Of a DNA stretch of 64,000 nt, positions 47,533-56,177 are shown piece by piece; positions within the stretch are counted from its first letter, which is position 1, and each line of letters opens with the position of its first letter. Both the position numbers and the translations under genes were made by a program. Location: the NCBI GenBank assembly GCA_041615815.1, contig JBFJCP010000015.1, positions 1 through 64,000 of the forward strand, written 5' to 3'. This DNA is from Gemmatimonadales bacterium. Its GTDB lineage: Bacteria; Gemmatimonadota; Gemmatimonadetes; Gemmatimonadales; GWC2-71-9. The notes below the pieces were generated by a model, which was not told the DNA's origin, did not search any database, and worked only from the letters and a program-made list of their open reading frames with translations.

Positions 47533-49929
47533 ATGGACACCCTCCGCCAGGATCTCCGGTTCGCCGTTCGTTCCCTGCGATCCCGCCCTGGCCTCACGCT
47601 GCTGGCCGTGATTTGCCTGGGCATCGGGATCGGCGCCAACACGGCCATCTTCTCGCCCGTCGACGTCTTCATGCTCCGGTCTCTGCCCTATGAAGACGCA
47701 CATCGGCTCGTCGTCACGTGGAACACCAACGAGGAACGGGGCTGGACCGAGGTCAGTCTCTCGGCGCCGGACTTTCTCGACTACCGGGCCCAAAGCCAGA
47801 CCGTGGACCTAGCAGCGTACACGGGACGGAGCTTCAACCTCTCGGGTGATGGCGCTCCGGAGCGCCTGGTGGGCGATGCCGTCTCGCACAATTTCCTTCG
47901 CGTGCTGTCCACCAGACCGTTCCTCGGACGAGGGTTCACCCCCGAGGACGAACGGCCGGACGCTGCTCCCGTGGCGGTATTGAGCAATCGGCTGTGGCAG
48001 CGCCGCTTCGGGGGTGAGGAGACGGTGATCGGCACGCCACTGCGATTAGACGGCAAGATGTTCACCATCGTGGGCGTGCTGCCCGCGGGCTTCGATTTTC
48101 CCAGCACCCAGACGGACCTCTTCACTCCGCTCACGTTCGACGGCGCGGAGGTGCGGAACAGCCACTACCTCGAGGCCATCGGTCGTCTCGCGCCGGGCAC
48201 GACGCTCGACGAGGCGCGGGCGGAGCTGTCCGCGCTCGCGAGTCGACTCGCTATTGCCTATCCCGAAACCAACACGGGGAACGGCATCCGGGTCTTGTCG
48301 CTGCGAGACCAGCTGTTCGGCCCCGAGTTCCGGGAGGCGACGACTATCGCTACCATCGCGGTGGCGCTCTTGCTGCTCATCGCAGCCGCCAACGTGGCCA
48401 ATCTCCTCCTGGCACAGACCGCCGTTCGGGAACGGGAGATCGCGGTTCGCGCCGCGCTTGGAGCAGGCCGGGGACGCATCGTGCGCCAGCTCTTGACGGA
48501 GAGCATGATCCTCGGACTCCTAGGTGGTACGCTGGGTCTCGCACTCGCCTACCCTGGCGTCAAAGGCCTCGTCGCAATCATGCCAGATTGGTTCCCTCGC
48601 GTGGAGGAGATCGGTATCGATGCCCGCGTGGTCGCCTACGGATTTGGGATCACCTTATTGACCAGCCTGCTCGCCGGTCTCGCACCCGCACTGCAGACTG
48701 CGCGCCAGGACCTCCGATCGTCGCTTCACGAGAGCGGCCGCAGCGCCGCCTTCGGCCGGCGGGGGACCCGCCTACGGAACGTCTTCGTTACCGGGCAATT
48801 GGCCCTGGCGGTGACGCTGTTAGTGACATCGGGTCTCCTGATCAAGGGGTTCCGGCAGCTGAGCCAGGTGGACCTCGGCTATGACCCGACGGGGGTCTTG
48901 ACGTTCCGCACCACGATGCCGGAGACGAAATATCCCGAAGGCCCCGATCAGTGGCGCTTCACCCGGCTGTTGGTCGAGCGTCTGGCCGCCGTTCCCGGTG
49001 CTCAAGTAGTTGCAGCGACGAGTCGGCTGCCCATGACGGGAACCTCGGGAACGTATTACCAAGTGGAAGGCGAGGACGTGCCGGAAGGCCAACGCCCAGT
49101 GGTTGGGTTTCGCTCCGTGACTCCCGAGTACTTCGATGCGTTGGGTATCGGTATCCTGCGAGGACGAAATCTCCGATACGCCGACGACGATCAGGCGCCG
49201 TTGGTCATCCTGGTCAACGAGGCCCTGGTGCGCCGTCATTGGCCCGAGGCCGATGCCCTTGGCAAACGCCTCGAATTCTATAGTGGAACGCGGGAGATCG
49301 TCGGTGTGGTGCCGGATATTCGCGAGTCCGGCCTCGAGCAAGATGCTCCGGGACCCATGGTCTATTTCCCAGGCGCCCAGTCGCCGTTTCGATTCGCGGG
49401 GTTCCTCGTGCGCGCCACCGGTGAGCCGCTCGCCCTGGTGAGCGAGGTACGGAGCGCTGTGACCGGCACGGACCCAGACCAACCCATTTACGACATCCAG
49501 ACGTTGGAGCGCCGCATGCGCGAAGACATCCGCGCGAACGGAGTGCTGTCCCAGGTCATGCTGGTGCTGGGTGCGATCGCCCTCTTGCTGGCGGTGATCG
49601 GTGTATACGGCGTCATGTCCTACGCCGTGAGTCAGCGCAGACAGGAAATCGGGGTGCGGATGGCACTCGGCGCCCGCGCCCGCGATGTCGTGGGAATGGT
49701 CGTGCGTCAAGGAGGCCGAACGGCAATCATCGGGGCCGCGATCGGGCTCCTGCTTGCCGTGGGCGTGAGTCGAGCGATGAGCATTTTCCTGTTTGGCGTG
49801 CGCCCGCTGGATCCGGTGACGTTTGGCGGCGCAGCGCTCATTCTGGCCGTGGCCACGGTCCTGGCAAGCTATCTCCCGGCGCGGCGGGCGGCGCGGGTGG
49901 ATCCGCTCATTGCGTTGCGGGCGGACTGA
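47533..49929 (+). CDS. ABC transporter permease, ADOP family (duplicated MacB/FtsX)
   Basis: QDLRFAVRSL, GIGANTAIFS, ANVANLLLA, REIAVRAALGA and VDPLIALRAD motifs. Confidence 0.93.
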   Translation: MDTLRQDLRFAVRSLRSRPGLTLLAVICLGIGIGANTAIFSPVDVFMLRSLPYEDAHRLVVTWNTNEERGWTEVSLSAPDFLDYRAQSQTVDLAAYTGRSFNLSGDGAPERLVGDAVSHNFLRVLSTRPFLGRGFTPEDERPDAAPVAVLSNRLWQRRFGGEETVIGTPLRLDGKMFTIVGVLPAGFDFPSTQTDLFTPLTFDGAEVRNSHYLEAIGRLAPGTTLDEARAELSALASRLAIAYPETNTGNGIRVLSLRDQLFGPEFREATTIATIAVALLLLIAAANVANLLLAQTAVREREIAVRAALGAGRGRIVRQLLTESMILGLLGGTLGLALAYPGVKGLVAIMPDWFPRVEEIGIDARVVAYGFGITLLTSLLAGLAPALQTARQDLRSSLHESGRSAAFGRRGTRLRNVFVTGQLALAVTLLVTSGLLIKGFRQLSQVDLGYDPTGVLTFRTTMPETKYPEGPDQWRFTRLLVERLAAVPGAQVVAATSRLPMTGTSGTYYQVEGEDVPEGQRPVVGFRSVTPEYFDALGIGILRGRNLRYADDDQAPLVILVNEALVRRHWPEADALGKRLEFYSGTREIVGVVPDIRESGLEQDAPGPMVYFPGAQSPFRFAGFLVRATGEPLALVSEVRSAVTGTDPDQPIYDIQTLERRMREDIRANGVLSQVMLVLGAIALLLAVIGVYGVMSYAVSQRRQEIGVRMALGARARDVVGMVVRQGGRTAIIGAAIGLLLAVGVSRAMSIFLFGVRPLDPVTFGGAALILAVATVLASYLPARRAARVDPLIALRAD

Positions 49930-49938
49930 CCGCGATTC

Positions 49939-50427
49939 CTACCGCTTCATTCGCCAGGAGCCGTTCCACGAGATGACCAGTCGCCCGTCAGGATACTGGG
50001 ATTGCACCGCGGTCGTGCCACCGCCTTCGATACCCGCGTACTTCCCACGACCGCCCATGAACCCCCAAGTGTTCTCCGTCGGGCTGTTCTTCCACCAGAT
50101 CCACCACATATCGCCGTCCCGATCGGTCCCTTCACAGTAGCCGTAGCCGGAGATCACTTGGCCCTCGGCGGACACGATGCTGGAACCGGGGCAGTCCTGC
50201 GCGCTCAGGTGGAACGGCACGCTGGGATCACTCGCGAGCACCACCCCCCTGAGATACGAGCGCTGCAGCATCGTTCCATCCGAGAGCTCGACCATTTCCA
50301 TGGCATCGGGGACGTAGGTCACCGTTCCCGAGCCCCGCATCGCTTGTCCATGCAGCTCAGAGGACGATAGGCCGATCAAGGTGAAGACCAGGAATGAAAT
50401 ACCGATGAGGGTGCCGAAACGCATCAC
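49939..50427 (-). CDS. Hypothetical secreted beta-rich protein
   Basis: AAGGAG RBS; signal peptide; C...GYC..TDRDGD...GGRGKYAGIEG. Confidence 0.7.
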   Translation of the reverse strand: MMRFGTLIGISFLVFTLIGLSSSELHGQAMRGSGTVTYVPDAMEMVELSDGTMLQRSYLRGVVLASDPSVPFHLSAQDCPGSSIVSAEGQVISGYGYCEGTDRDGDMWWIWWKNSPTENTWGFMGGRGKYAGIEGGGTTAVQSQYPDGRLVISWNGSWRMKR

Positions 50428-50535
50428 CAGCTCCTTGTGGGCAAGGGCGAACCCGACGCTCGCGGCCGGCTAATATGGTGGCGAGACCGACAACGGCAAG
50501 GTCAGCGGACCAAGAGGCCGGGCTCGCCGTCCTGT

Positions 50536-51480
50536 CTATTGGATTCCTTTGGAGGTCGCCGATGGTGCGAGCTCCATCTGCGCTTCTGGTTCTTCCGCGT
50601 TCTCCGGCCCCTCTGCCGCCCTCGCTGCCCCCGCCGCCTTTCGATAGAACCGCTCACACTCATTCTCCCGCCCACGCACGATGCGCTTTCCTTCGAGCGG
50701 GCCCCAGCGGGACGTGATCACAGTGTTCGTGTGCTCTCCGTGACCGCCGTCGTGATAGAGCACCACCCAATCATGAGTCCGGCCGAGCCGGTGGGCGCGG
50801 GCCGTATTCGAGAACAGGGCCGTGTATTCGCGGTTCCCGCGCTGGGTGTGCAAGATCGGCAACCATGCTTCCCGTGCGGGATTGAATCGATGCGGGGCAA
50901 TGCGTCGAAGCCCACCCGCCTCGGCCTGGGCGCGGTACTCGGCATCCACATCCAGCAGTTCGGAAACGGGGGGACGGTCCTCGACGGGCCGTGGTGCTGC
51001 GTCTCGGACTCGCCCGAGGCGAGTGGCGAGGCTATCGCGGATGCCGGTCAGACGCTTGTCACCGATCCCGCCGATGTCTCTAAGCCGCCCGTCATGCGCG
51101 GCCATTTCCAGTTCCTCGAGGGAATCGATACCCAGATCCTCGTGCAGGCGATGCGCGAATCGCTCGCCGATGCCGGGAACGGTCATGAGCAGCGCAATGG
51201 GATCGTGCTCGCCCCGCAGCCGGTCGAGCATCGGGATGCGACCCAGCACGATGAGGTCGCGAATGGCGCCGGCAATGCTGCGCCCAATGCCCGGGAGTGC
51301 CTCGAGCCCAGCCACACCCTCTTCGCGATAGATCCCGACGACCGATCGGTGTTCGTGCCGCAGCGTATTGGCGGCGCGATGATACGCCTGGACACGAAAC
51401 GGATTCGCCCCCTGCTCCTCGAGCAGGAGCGCGACCTCGTCCAGCCGACTCGCGATGGTCGCATTCTGGATCTTCGGCAT
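50536..51480 (-). CDS. Helix-hairpin-helix protein (PolX N-terminal-like) with unrelated C-terminal domain
   Basis: NATIASRLDE...ANPFRVQAYHRAA; LPGIG, VPGIG and IGGIG HhH motifs. Confidence 0.85.
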   Translation of the reverse strand: MPKIQNATIASRLDEVALLLEEQGANPFRVQAYHRAANTLRHEHRSVVGIYREEGVAGLEALPGIGRSIAGAIRDLIVLGRIPMLDRLRGEHDPIALLMTVPGIGERFAHRLHEDLGIDSLEELEMAAHDGRLRDIGGIGDKRLTGIRDSLATRLGRVRDAAPRPVEDRPPVSELLDVDAEYRAQAEAGGLRRIAPHRFNPAREAWLPILHTQRGNREYTALFSNTARAHRLGRTHDWVVLYHDGGHGEHTNTVITSRWGPLEGKRIVRGRENECERFYRKAAGAARAAEGPENAEEPEAQMELAPSATSKGIQ

Positions 51481-51662
51481 GACACAGCTCCGGCAATGCC
51501 CGAAGCAAACGTCGGTGCTGCAGCGTGAATGAATGGTTAAGGGGATTGCAATGAGTCTTGGTGACGAGGGAAGAAGTGGAAGCGGAGGTACATCGGTTCG
51601 TGAAGGCGAAGGAGCCGAACTGGATCCCTGGCCTCCCCCCGCTTCTTCCACCCTTGCGACCC

Positions 51663-54128
51663 TTATTCGTCCCGCAGCACCGCGAGCGGCTCGACCCGGG
51701 TGGCTCTCCCTGCAGGCAGCAGACACGCAGCGGCCGCCACCGCGCTCAGCAGCACGGCCACACCACCGTAGGTCACGGGGTCGGCAGGGCTCACGCCATA
51801 CAGCAGGGCGGTGAGGAGACGGCTCAGCCCGAATGCCGCCAACAGACCGACACCCACGCCGATCAGGGTCAGCAGCATGCCCTGGCGAAACACCAGGAAG
51901 CGCACATTCTGCCGGCTGGCGCCGAGTGCCATCCGCACGCCGATCTCGTGGGTCCGTTGGCCCACAGAGTACGAAATCACACCGTAAATCCCCACGGTCG
52001 CGAGAAGCAACGCGATACCGGCGAACGTGACGAGCAACAGGAGATTGAACCGTGGTTGAGCCACTGCGCTCCCGACCCTGTCGCGCATTGTCTGAACATC
52101 CGAAACGGGCTGGTCCGAATCGAGCGCCCATACCTCGCCACGGATGCTGCTCGTGAGTGCCACCGGATCGCTCGCGGTGCGCACGGCGAGATACATCGTC
52201 CCCACGGGGAATTGCGGATGCGGGAAGTAGACCTGTTCGCGACCAACGGTACTGAGGTCGTAGTGCTTCGAGTGGCGCACAACCCCGATGACCTCGCGCC
52301 AGATCAACTCTCCTTCGTCGTTACGGTTGATGGCCACCCGCTTGCCAATCGGCTCTTCCGTGGGCCAGAACCGCCGGACGAACTCCTCGTCGACCATAGC
52401 CACCAACGGCGCTTCCGACCCGTCGAACGCGTTGAACGTTCGCCCCTGCAAGAGCTGCACTCCCATGGTCTCGAAGTACTCAGGCGTGACCCACCGTCGG
52501 TCCGCCTCGATGAACGGATGCTGCGCCCCATGCACTGGCGTGACGGTACGCGATTCATTCACCCGTGTGGTCCCGGACGTGTACGATCCGCTGAGTGGGA
52601 GATGGGAGATGGCACCCGCTTGGGATACCCCCGGCAAGGCCCGCACGCGCTCGAGTAGCTGACTGTAGAACGCTTGCTGCGCCGGCCCGTCGTACCGGCT
52701 CGACGGCAGCGCGATCCGCATGGTGAGTAAGTTGTCCGTGCGATACCCCGGATTGGCGCGAAGCAGGTTGTCGAGGCTTCGAATCATGAGTCCCGCACCA
52801 ACCAACAAGACGAGCGCCAGCGCCACCTCCGCCACCACGAGCGCAGTCCGAACCCTCCGTCCGCCCACACCACTCGTGGCCCCTCGACCCCCTTCTTTGA
52901 GTGACCCCACGATCGACTGACGCATTCCATAGACCACCGGGGCGAGCCCAAAGAGCACGCCGGTCACCAACGCAATGGCGAGCGTGTACCACAGGACCGA
53001 TCCATCGACCCCCACCACGTCCCGGAGCGGCAGATCCGAGGGCGCCACCGCCATCACGACCCGAATGAGACCAAACGCCAGGACGAGACCCAAGAGCCCA
53101 CCCACCAACGCGAGCACAACACTCTCGGTCAGGAGCTGTCGGACGAGTCTGGTGCGATCCGCCCCAATGGCGGTCCGCACCGCGATCTCGCGTTCACGTC
53201 CCGCGGCACGGGTCAGCTGCAGGTTGGCGACATTCACGCACGCAATCAGGAGCACGAATCCCACAGCGCCGAGCAGAATGAGCAGTGCGGGTCTCACATC
53301 CTCGACGAGATCCGCGTGCAGAGACAGGACCGTGACACCCCACCCGGGGAAATCGTAGTAGTCGGGCGACTGCTCTTGAATCTGCAGCGCCACGCGGTCC
53401 ATGTCGGTCTGAGCCTGCTCCAGCGATACGTCGTCGGCGAGCCGCCCGAAGGCCCGAAGGAAATGGCTTCCGCGGTTCAATTCGGGATACGTCGTCCCAA
53501 ACACCGGCACCATGGGCACCCACACATCGATCGCATCGGGGAACTGCGCATCGGGATGGCGGACCGCAAAGCCAGGCGGTAGCACCCCAATTACGGTGTA
53601 GGTCGTGCCGTTCGCGGTGATCGTCTGGCCCACCATCGCGGGATCCGCGCCAAACCGACGTCGCCAGAATCCATGACCCAGGACCGCCACGGGATTGGAG
53701 GCCGGAGTGTCGTCGTCTGGTCCAATGAGCCGTCCGTAGAGCGGACGCACGCGCATCACCCGAAAAAACGTCCCCGAGGCGGCAGCGGCATCGATCTGTT
53801 CTGGCTCACCCAAGCCGGTGAAGCTCACCGTCGTCGGAGCAACCACCGCAATGGCATCGAACAGCGTGGCAAATTCCTGCATCTCGGCATACTCGGGACC
53901 CGAGACCCAGTTCTGTGGGAGGTCGGCGCCGAAATTGGTCCAAATCAACGCCAGACGATCGGGATCCTCGTAGGGAAGCGGCCGGAGCAGCACACCGTTC
54001 ACCACGCTGAAGACTGCCGTGTTGGCACCGATCCCCAACGCAAGCGTGAGCGCAGCGACGCTCACAAAGACGGGATTGTGCTTGAACGATCGAAATGTGT
54101 AGCGGAGATCCTGAAGCAGCGCTTCCAC
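51663..54128 (-). CDS. ABC transporter permease, ADOP family
   Basis: QDLRYTFRSF, LALGIGANTAVFS, IACVNVANL, EIGVRMALGA and VEPLAVLRDE motifs. Confidence 0.93.
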   Translation of the reverse strand: MEALLQDLRYTFRSFKHNPVFVSVAALTLALGIGANTAVFSVVNGVLLRPLPYEDPDRLALIWTNFGADLPQNWVSGPEYAEMQEFATLFDAIAVVAPTTVSFTGLGEPEQIDAAAASGTFFRVMRVRPLYGRLIGPDDDTPASNPVAVLGHGFWRRRFGADPAMVGQTITANGTTYTVIGVLPPGFAVRHPDAQFPDAIDVWVPMVPVFGTTYPELNRGSHFLRAFGRLADDVSLEQAQTDMDRVALQIQEQSPDYYDFPGWGVTVLSLHADLVEDVRPALLILLGAVGFVLLIACVNVANLQLTRAAGREREIAVRTAIGADRTRLVRQLLTESVVLALVGGLLGLVLAFGLIRVVMAVAPSDLPLRDVVGVDGSVLWYTLAIALVTGVLFGLAPVVYGMRQSIVGSLKEGGRGATSGVGGRRVRTALVVAEVALALVLLVGAGLMIRSLDNLLRANPGYRTDNLLTMRIALPSSRYDGPAQQAFYSQLLERVRALPGVSQAGAISHLPLSGSYTSGTTRVNESRTVTPVHGAQHPFIEADRRWVTPEYFETMGVQLLQGRTFNAFDGSEAPLVAMVDEEFVRRFWPTEEPIGKRVAINRNDEGELIWREVIGVVRHSKHYDLSTVGREQVYFPHPQFPVGTMYLAVRTASDPVALTSSIRGEVWALDSDQPVSDVQTMRDRVGSAVAQPRFNLLLLVTFAGIALLLATVGIYGVISYSVGQRTHEIGVRMALGASRQNVRFLVFRQGMLLTLIGVGVGLLAAFGLSRLLTALLYGVSPADPVTYGGVAVLLSAVAAAACLLPAGRATRVEPLAVLRDE

Positions 54129-54199
54129 GGCCGACTCCCGCAGTGAGGGCTCAGGTTGGAACGGCTCACTGGAGGTTGGACACACTCAACCCCGAGAAG

Positions 54200-54228
54200 G
54201 TTTACGTGACCGCACCCGAAGGAGTTTC
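54200..54228 (-). promoter_or_regulatory. ECF-sigma-type promoter
   Basis: Minus strand GAAACT-N16-CGTAAAC upstream of the permease. Confidence 0.6.
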
Positions 54229-54237
54229 GCGCTCTCT

Positions 54238-55749
54238 CTACGACGCTCCCGCCAGTTCGACGAGCATCGCCGTGTACATCTCGAGGTTCAACAGAAGTTG
54301 CGCCCGTGTCATGAACTCGTGTTCGCTGTGCCCGGTGTATGGCTCGCCCGGCATCGCCGGTCCAAAGTTCACCCCGAACGGAAGCAGCCGGGCATTGGTG
54401 CCACCACCGATGGCAATGGGTTGGGCGTCCTCCATGCCGGAATAGAATCGGAAAATGTCGAGCAACACCGGCACTTGCGGCGCGTCGTCGATGTAGTACG
54501 GCTCACCGATGAGTGTCGAAATCCCCGCGTCGATCCCCGTCTCCCGCTTCCAGGATTCCACCGCTTCATCAATCGCGCGCTCGAGCGCTTCCCCGCTCAT
54601 GCCCACCGGACTGCGGATGTTGATGCCGGCAACGAGTGTATCGGCATCACCCGGGCCCAGCATCGTGAGGGAGAGGGTGAGGGGACCCATGAAGTCGTGC
54701 TCGTAGGCTACTTTGCCGAAGCGTTCGCCGTAGTCGCCGGTGCCAACGAGATCATTCACCATACGAACCATCCGACCGGCTTGCGTCGATGGCCAATCAT
54801 GCACGCCCAGGAGAGCAGCGAGGTGGGTGATGGCGTTTCGGCCTTGCCACGGCTTGGACGAGTGAGCCGCGAGACCTCGAGCCGCGACATTCAGTGTGTC
54901 CCCCACCCGCTCGAACGTGAATTGCGCGAGACTGTCGCTGGCCGCGGCCTCGCGCAACGCGTGCTCCAGCTCCAACGAAGGCCCCATGATCGTGGCCTTG
55001 GCATCCTCCGGAATCTGGGACAGGAATTCGCCACCCGTGAAAGCCGCGAGCCGGGGACCCGGACCGGCTGTCCGATCCGGAGGGATCTTGAGAAAGACGC
55101 CGTTCCAGGCTTTCTCCGCGATCACCACGGGATATTCGGAATCCAACGCCACGTTGATGCCCGGAGGATCCCACTGCGCCACGAACTCCCGAATCGGTCC
55201 CCAGTCCGACTCCTCCGTATAGGTGATGACAAGCTCGATACGGCGCTCGAGCGGGACGCCGCGATCACGCACGGCACGCATCGCATAGAGCGCGGCGGCA
55301 ATGGGGCCCTTGTCGTCCTCGACCCCCCGGCCAATGAGCCGCCCATGCTCACTGTGCGCATCCAACTGGAAGGGGTCCTCCATCCATTTGGCCGGATCCG
55401 CCGGCTGGACGTCGGCGTGAGCCAGCACACCGAGGCGCTCATCGGCATCGCCGAGCCCAATGATGATCACGGCGCCGTGATCGACGAAATCGAGTCCGAG
55501 GTCGGCGGCGAGCTGGGCCAGATACGCGGTCAACGCCCGAAACTCGGGATGCTCGGCGTTGGGAATCCCGTCCTGTGCCACCGTTCGGAACGCGATCAAT
55601 TCACCGAGCCGCCGTTCGACGGAGTCCCCATAGGTCTCGACGGCGTAGCTCGCCACGTCTCGAGCTAGCGCAGAGGGAGTGGGCGCTCGCTCGCCGCACG
55701 CGACCAGGAACGCTAGTCCCACGAGCAGGCCAAGACCGTGAGGTCTCAC
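54238..55749 (-). CDS. M20 family metallo-dipeptidase (PepV/Sapep-like) lipoprotein
   Basis: LVAC lipobox; LAHADV, GRGVEDDKGP, TEE, AAHSS, GGGTNAR and HSEHE motifs. Confidence 0.9.
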   Translation of the reverse strand: MRPHGLGLLVGLAFLVACGERAPTPSALARDVASYAVETYGDSVERRLGELIAFRTVAQDGIPNAEHPEFRALTAYLAQLAADLGLDFVDHGAVIIIGLGDADERLGVLAHADVQPADPAKWMEDPFQLDAHSEHGRLIGRGVEDDKGPIAAALYAMRAVRDRGVPLERRIELVITYTEESDWGPIREFVAQWDPPGINVALDSEYPVVIAEKAWNGVFLKIPPDRTAGPGPRLAAFTGGEFLSQIPEDAKATIMGPSLELEHALREAAASDSLAQFTFERVGDTLNVAARGLAAHSSKPWQGRNAITHLAALLGVHDWPSTQAGRMVRMVNDLVGTGDYGERFGKVAYEHDFMGPLTLSLTMLGPGDADTLVAGINIRSPVGMSGEALERAIDEAVESWKRETGIDAGISTLIGEPYYIDDAPQVPVLLDIFRFYSGMEDAQPIAIGGGTNARLLPFGVNFGPAMPGEPYTGHSEHEFMTRAQLLLNLEMYTAMLVELAGAS

Positions 55750-55991
55750 GCCGGTGTCGGCCCCTGGGCTTCGAGGACGACCTTGCCGCCCGGCATATAG
55801 GCGCGGATATCATCGGTCGACCCCCGGCGGACTTCGCTGGTCCCATAAATGTTGCCTTCGGTGGCGTACAGCTCGAAGTAGGTACCGTCGGTAAACACCA
55901 GAAACACCTGACTCTGCGGCGTCCGGGTACGCTCCTTGACCAGTACGGCCCGGATCGTCTTACCGACGACGTGTTTGAGGCCGTGTTTCAT
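55746..55991 (-). CDS. Small hypothetical protein
   Basis: GGAGGA RBS; GTGA overlap with the peptidase start; QVFLVFTDGTYFELY. Confidence 0.7.
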   Translation of the reverse strand: MKHGLKHVVGKTIRAVLVKERTRTPQSQVFLVFTDGTYFELYATEGNIYGTSEVRRGSTDDIRAYMPGGKVVLEAQGPTPA

Positions 55992-56177
55992 TTGGCAGTC
56001 CTCCAACGAGTGGGGCCCTCAAGATTGGCATGGCGATACCGCTGGAGGCAATGGGGTTGGGGACGGGAGCGGCTGCCGCGGCTCGATCCCATCCCTCCCA
56101 TCCGAGTGACACTCATCACGGCCACCTCGCAGTGGCGGGACTAGGTTAGCCTCACCTCTCCTCCCTCGAGAAACTCG

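Noticed and set aside
51520..51660. Possible gene remnant (VTREEVEAEVHRFVKAKEPNW) in the intergenic gap
   Set aside because: Too short and not recognisable without a search.
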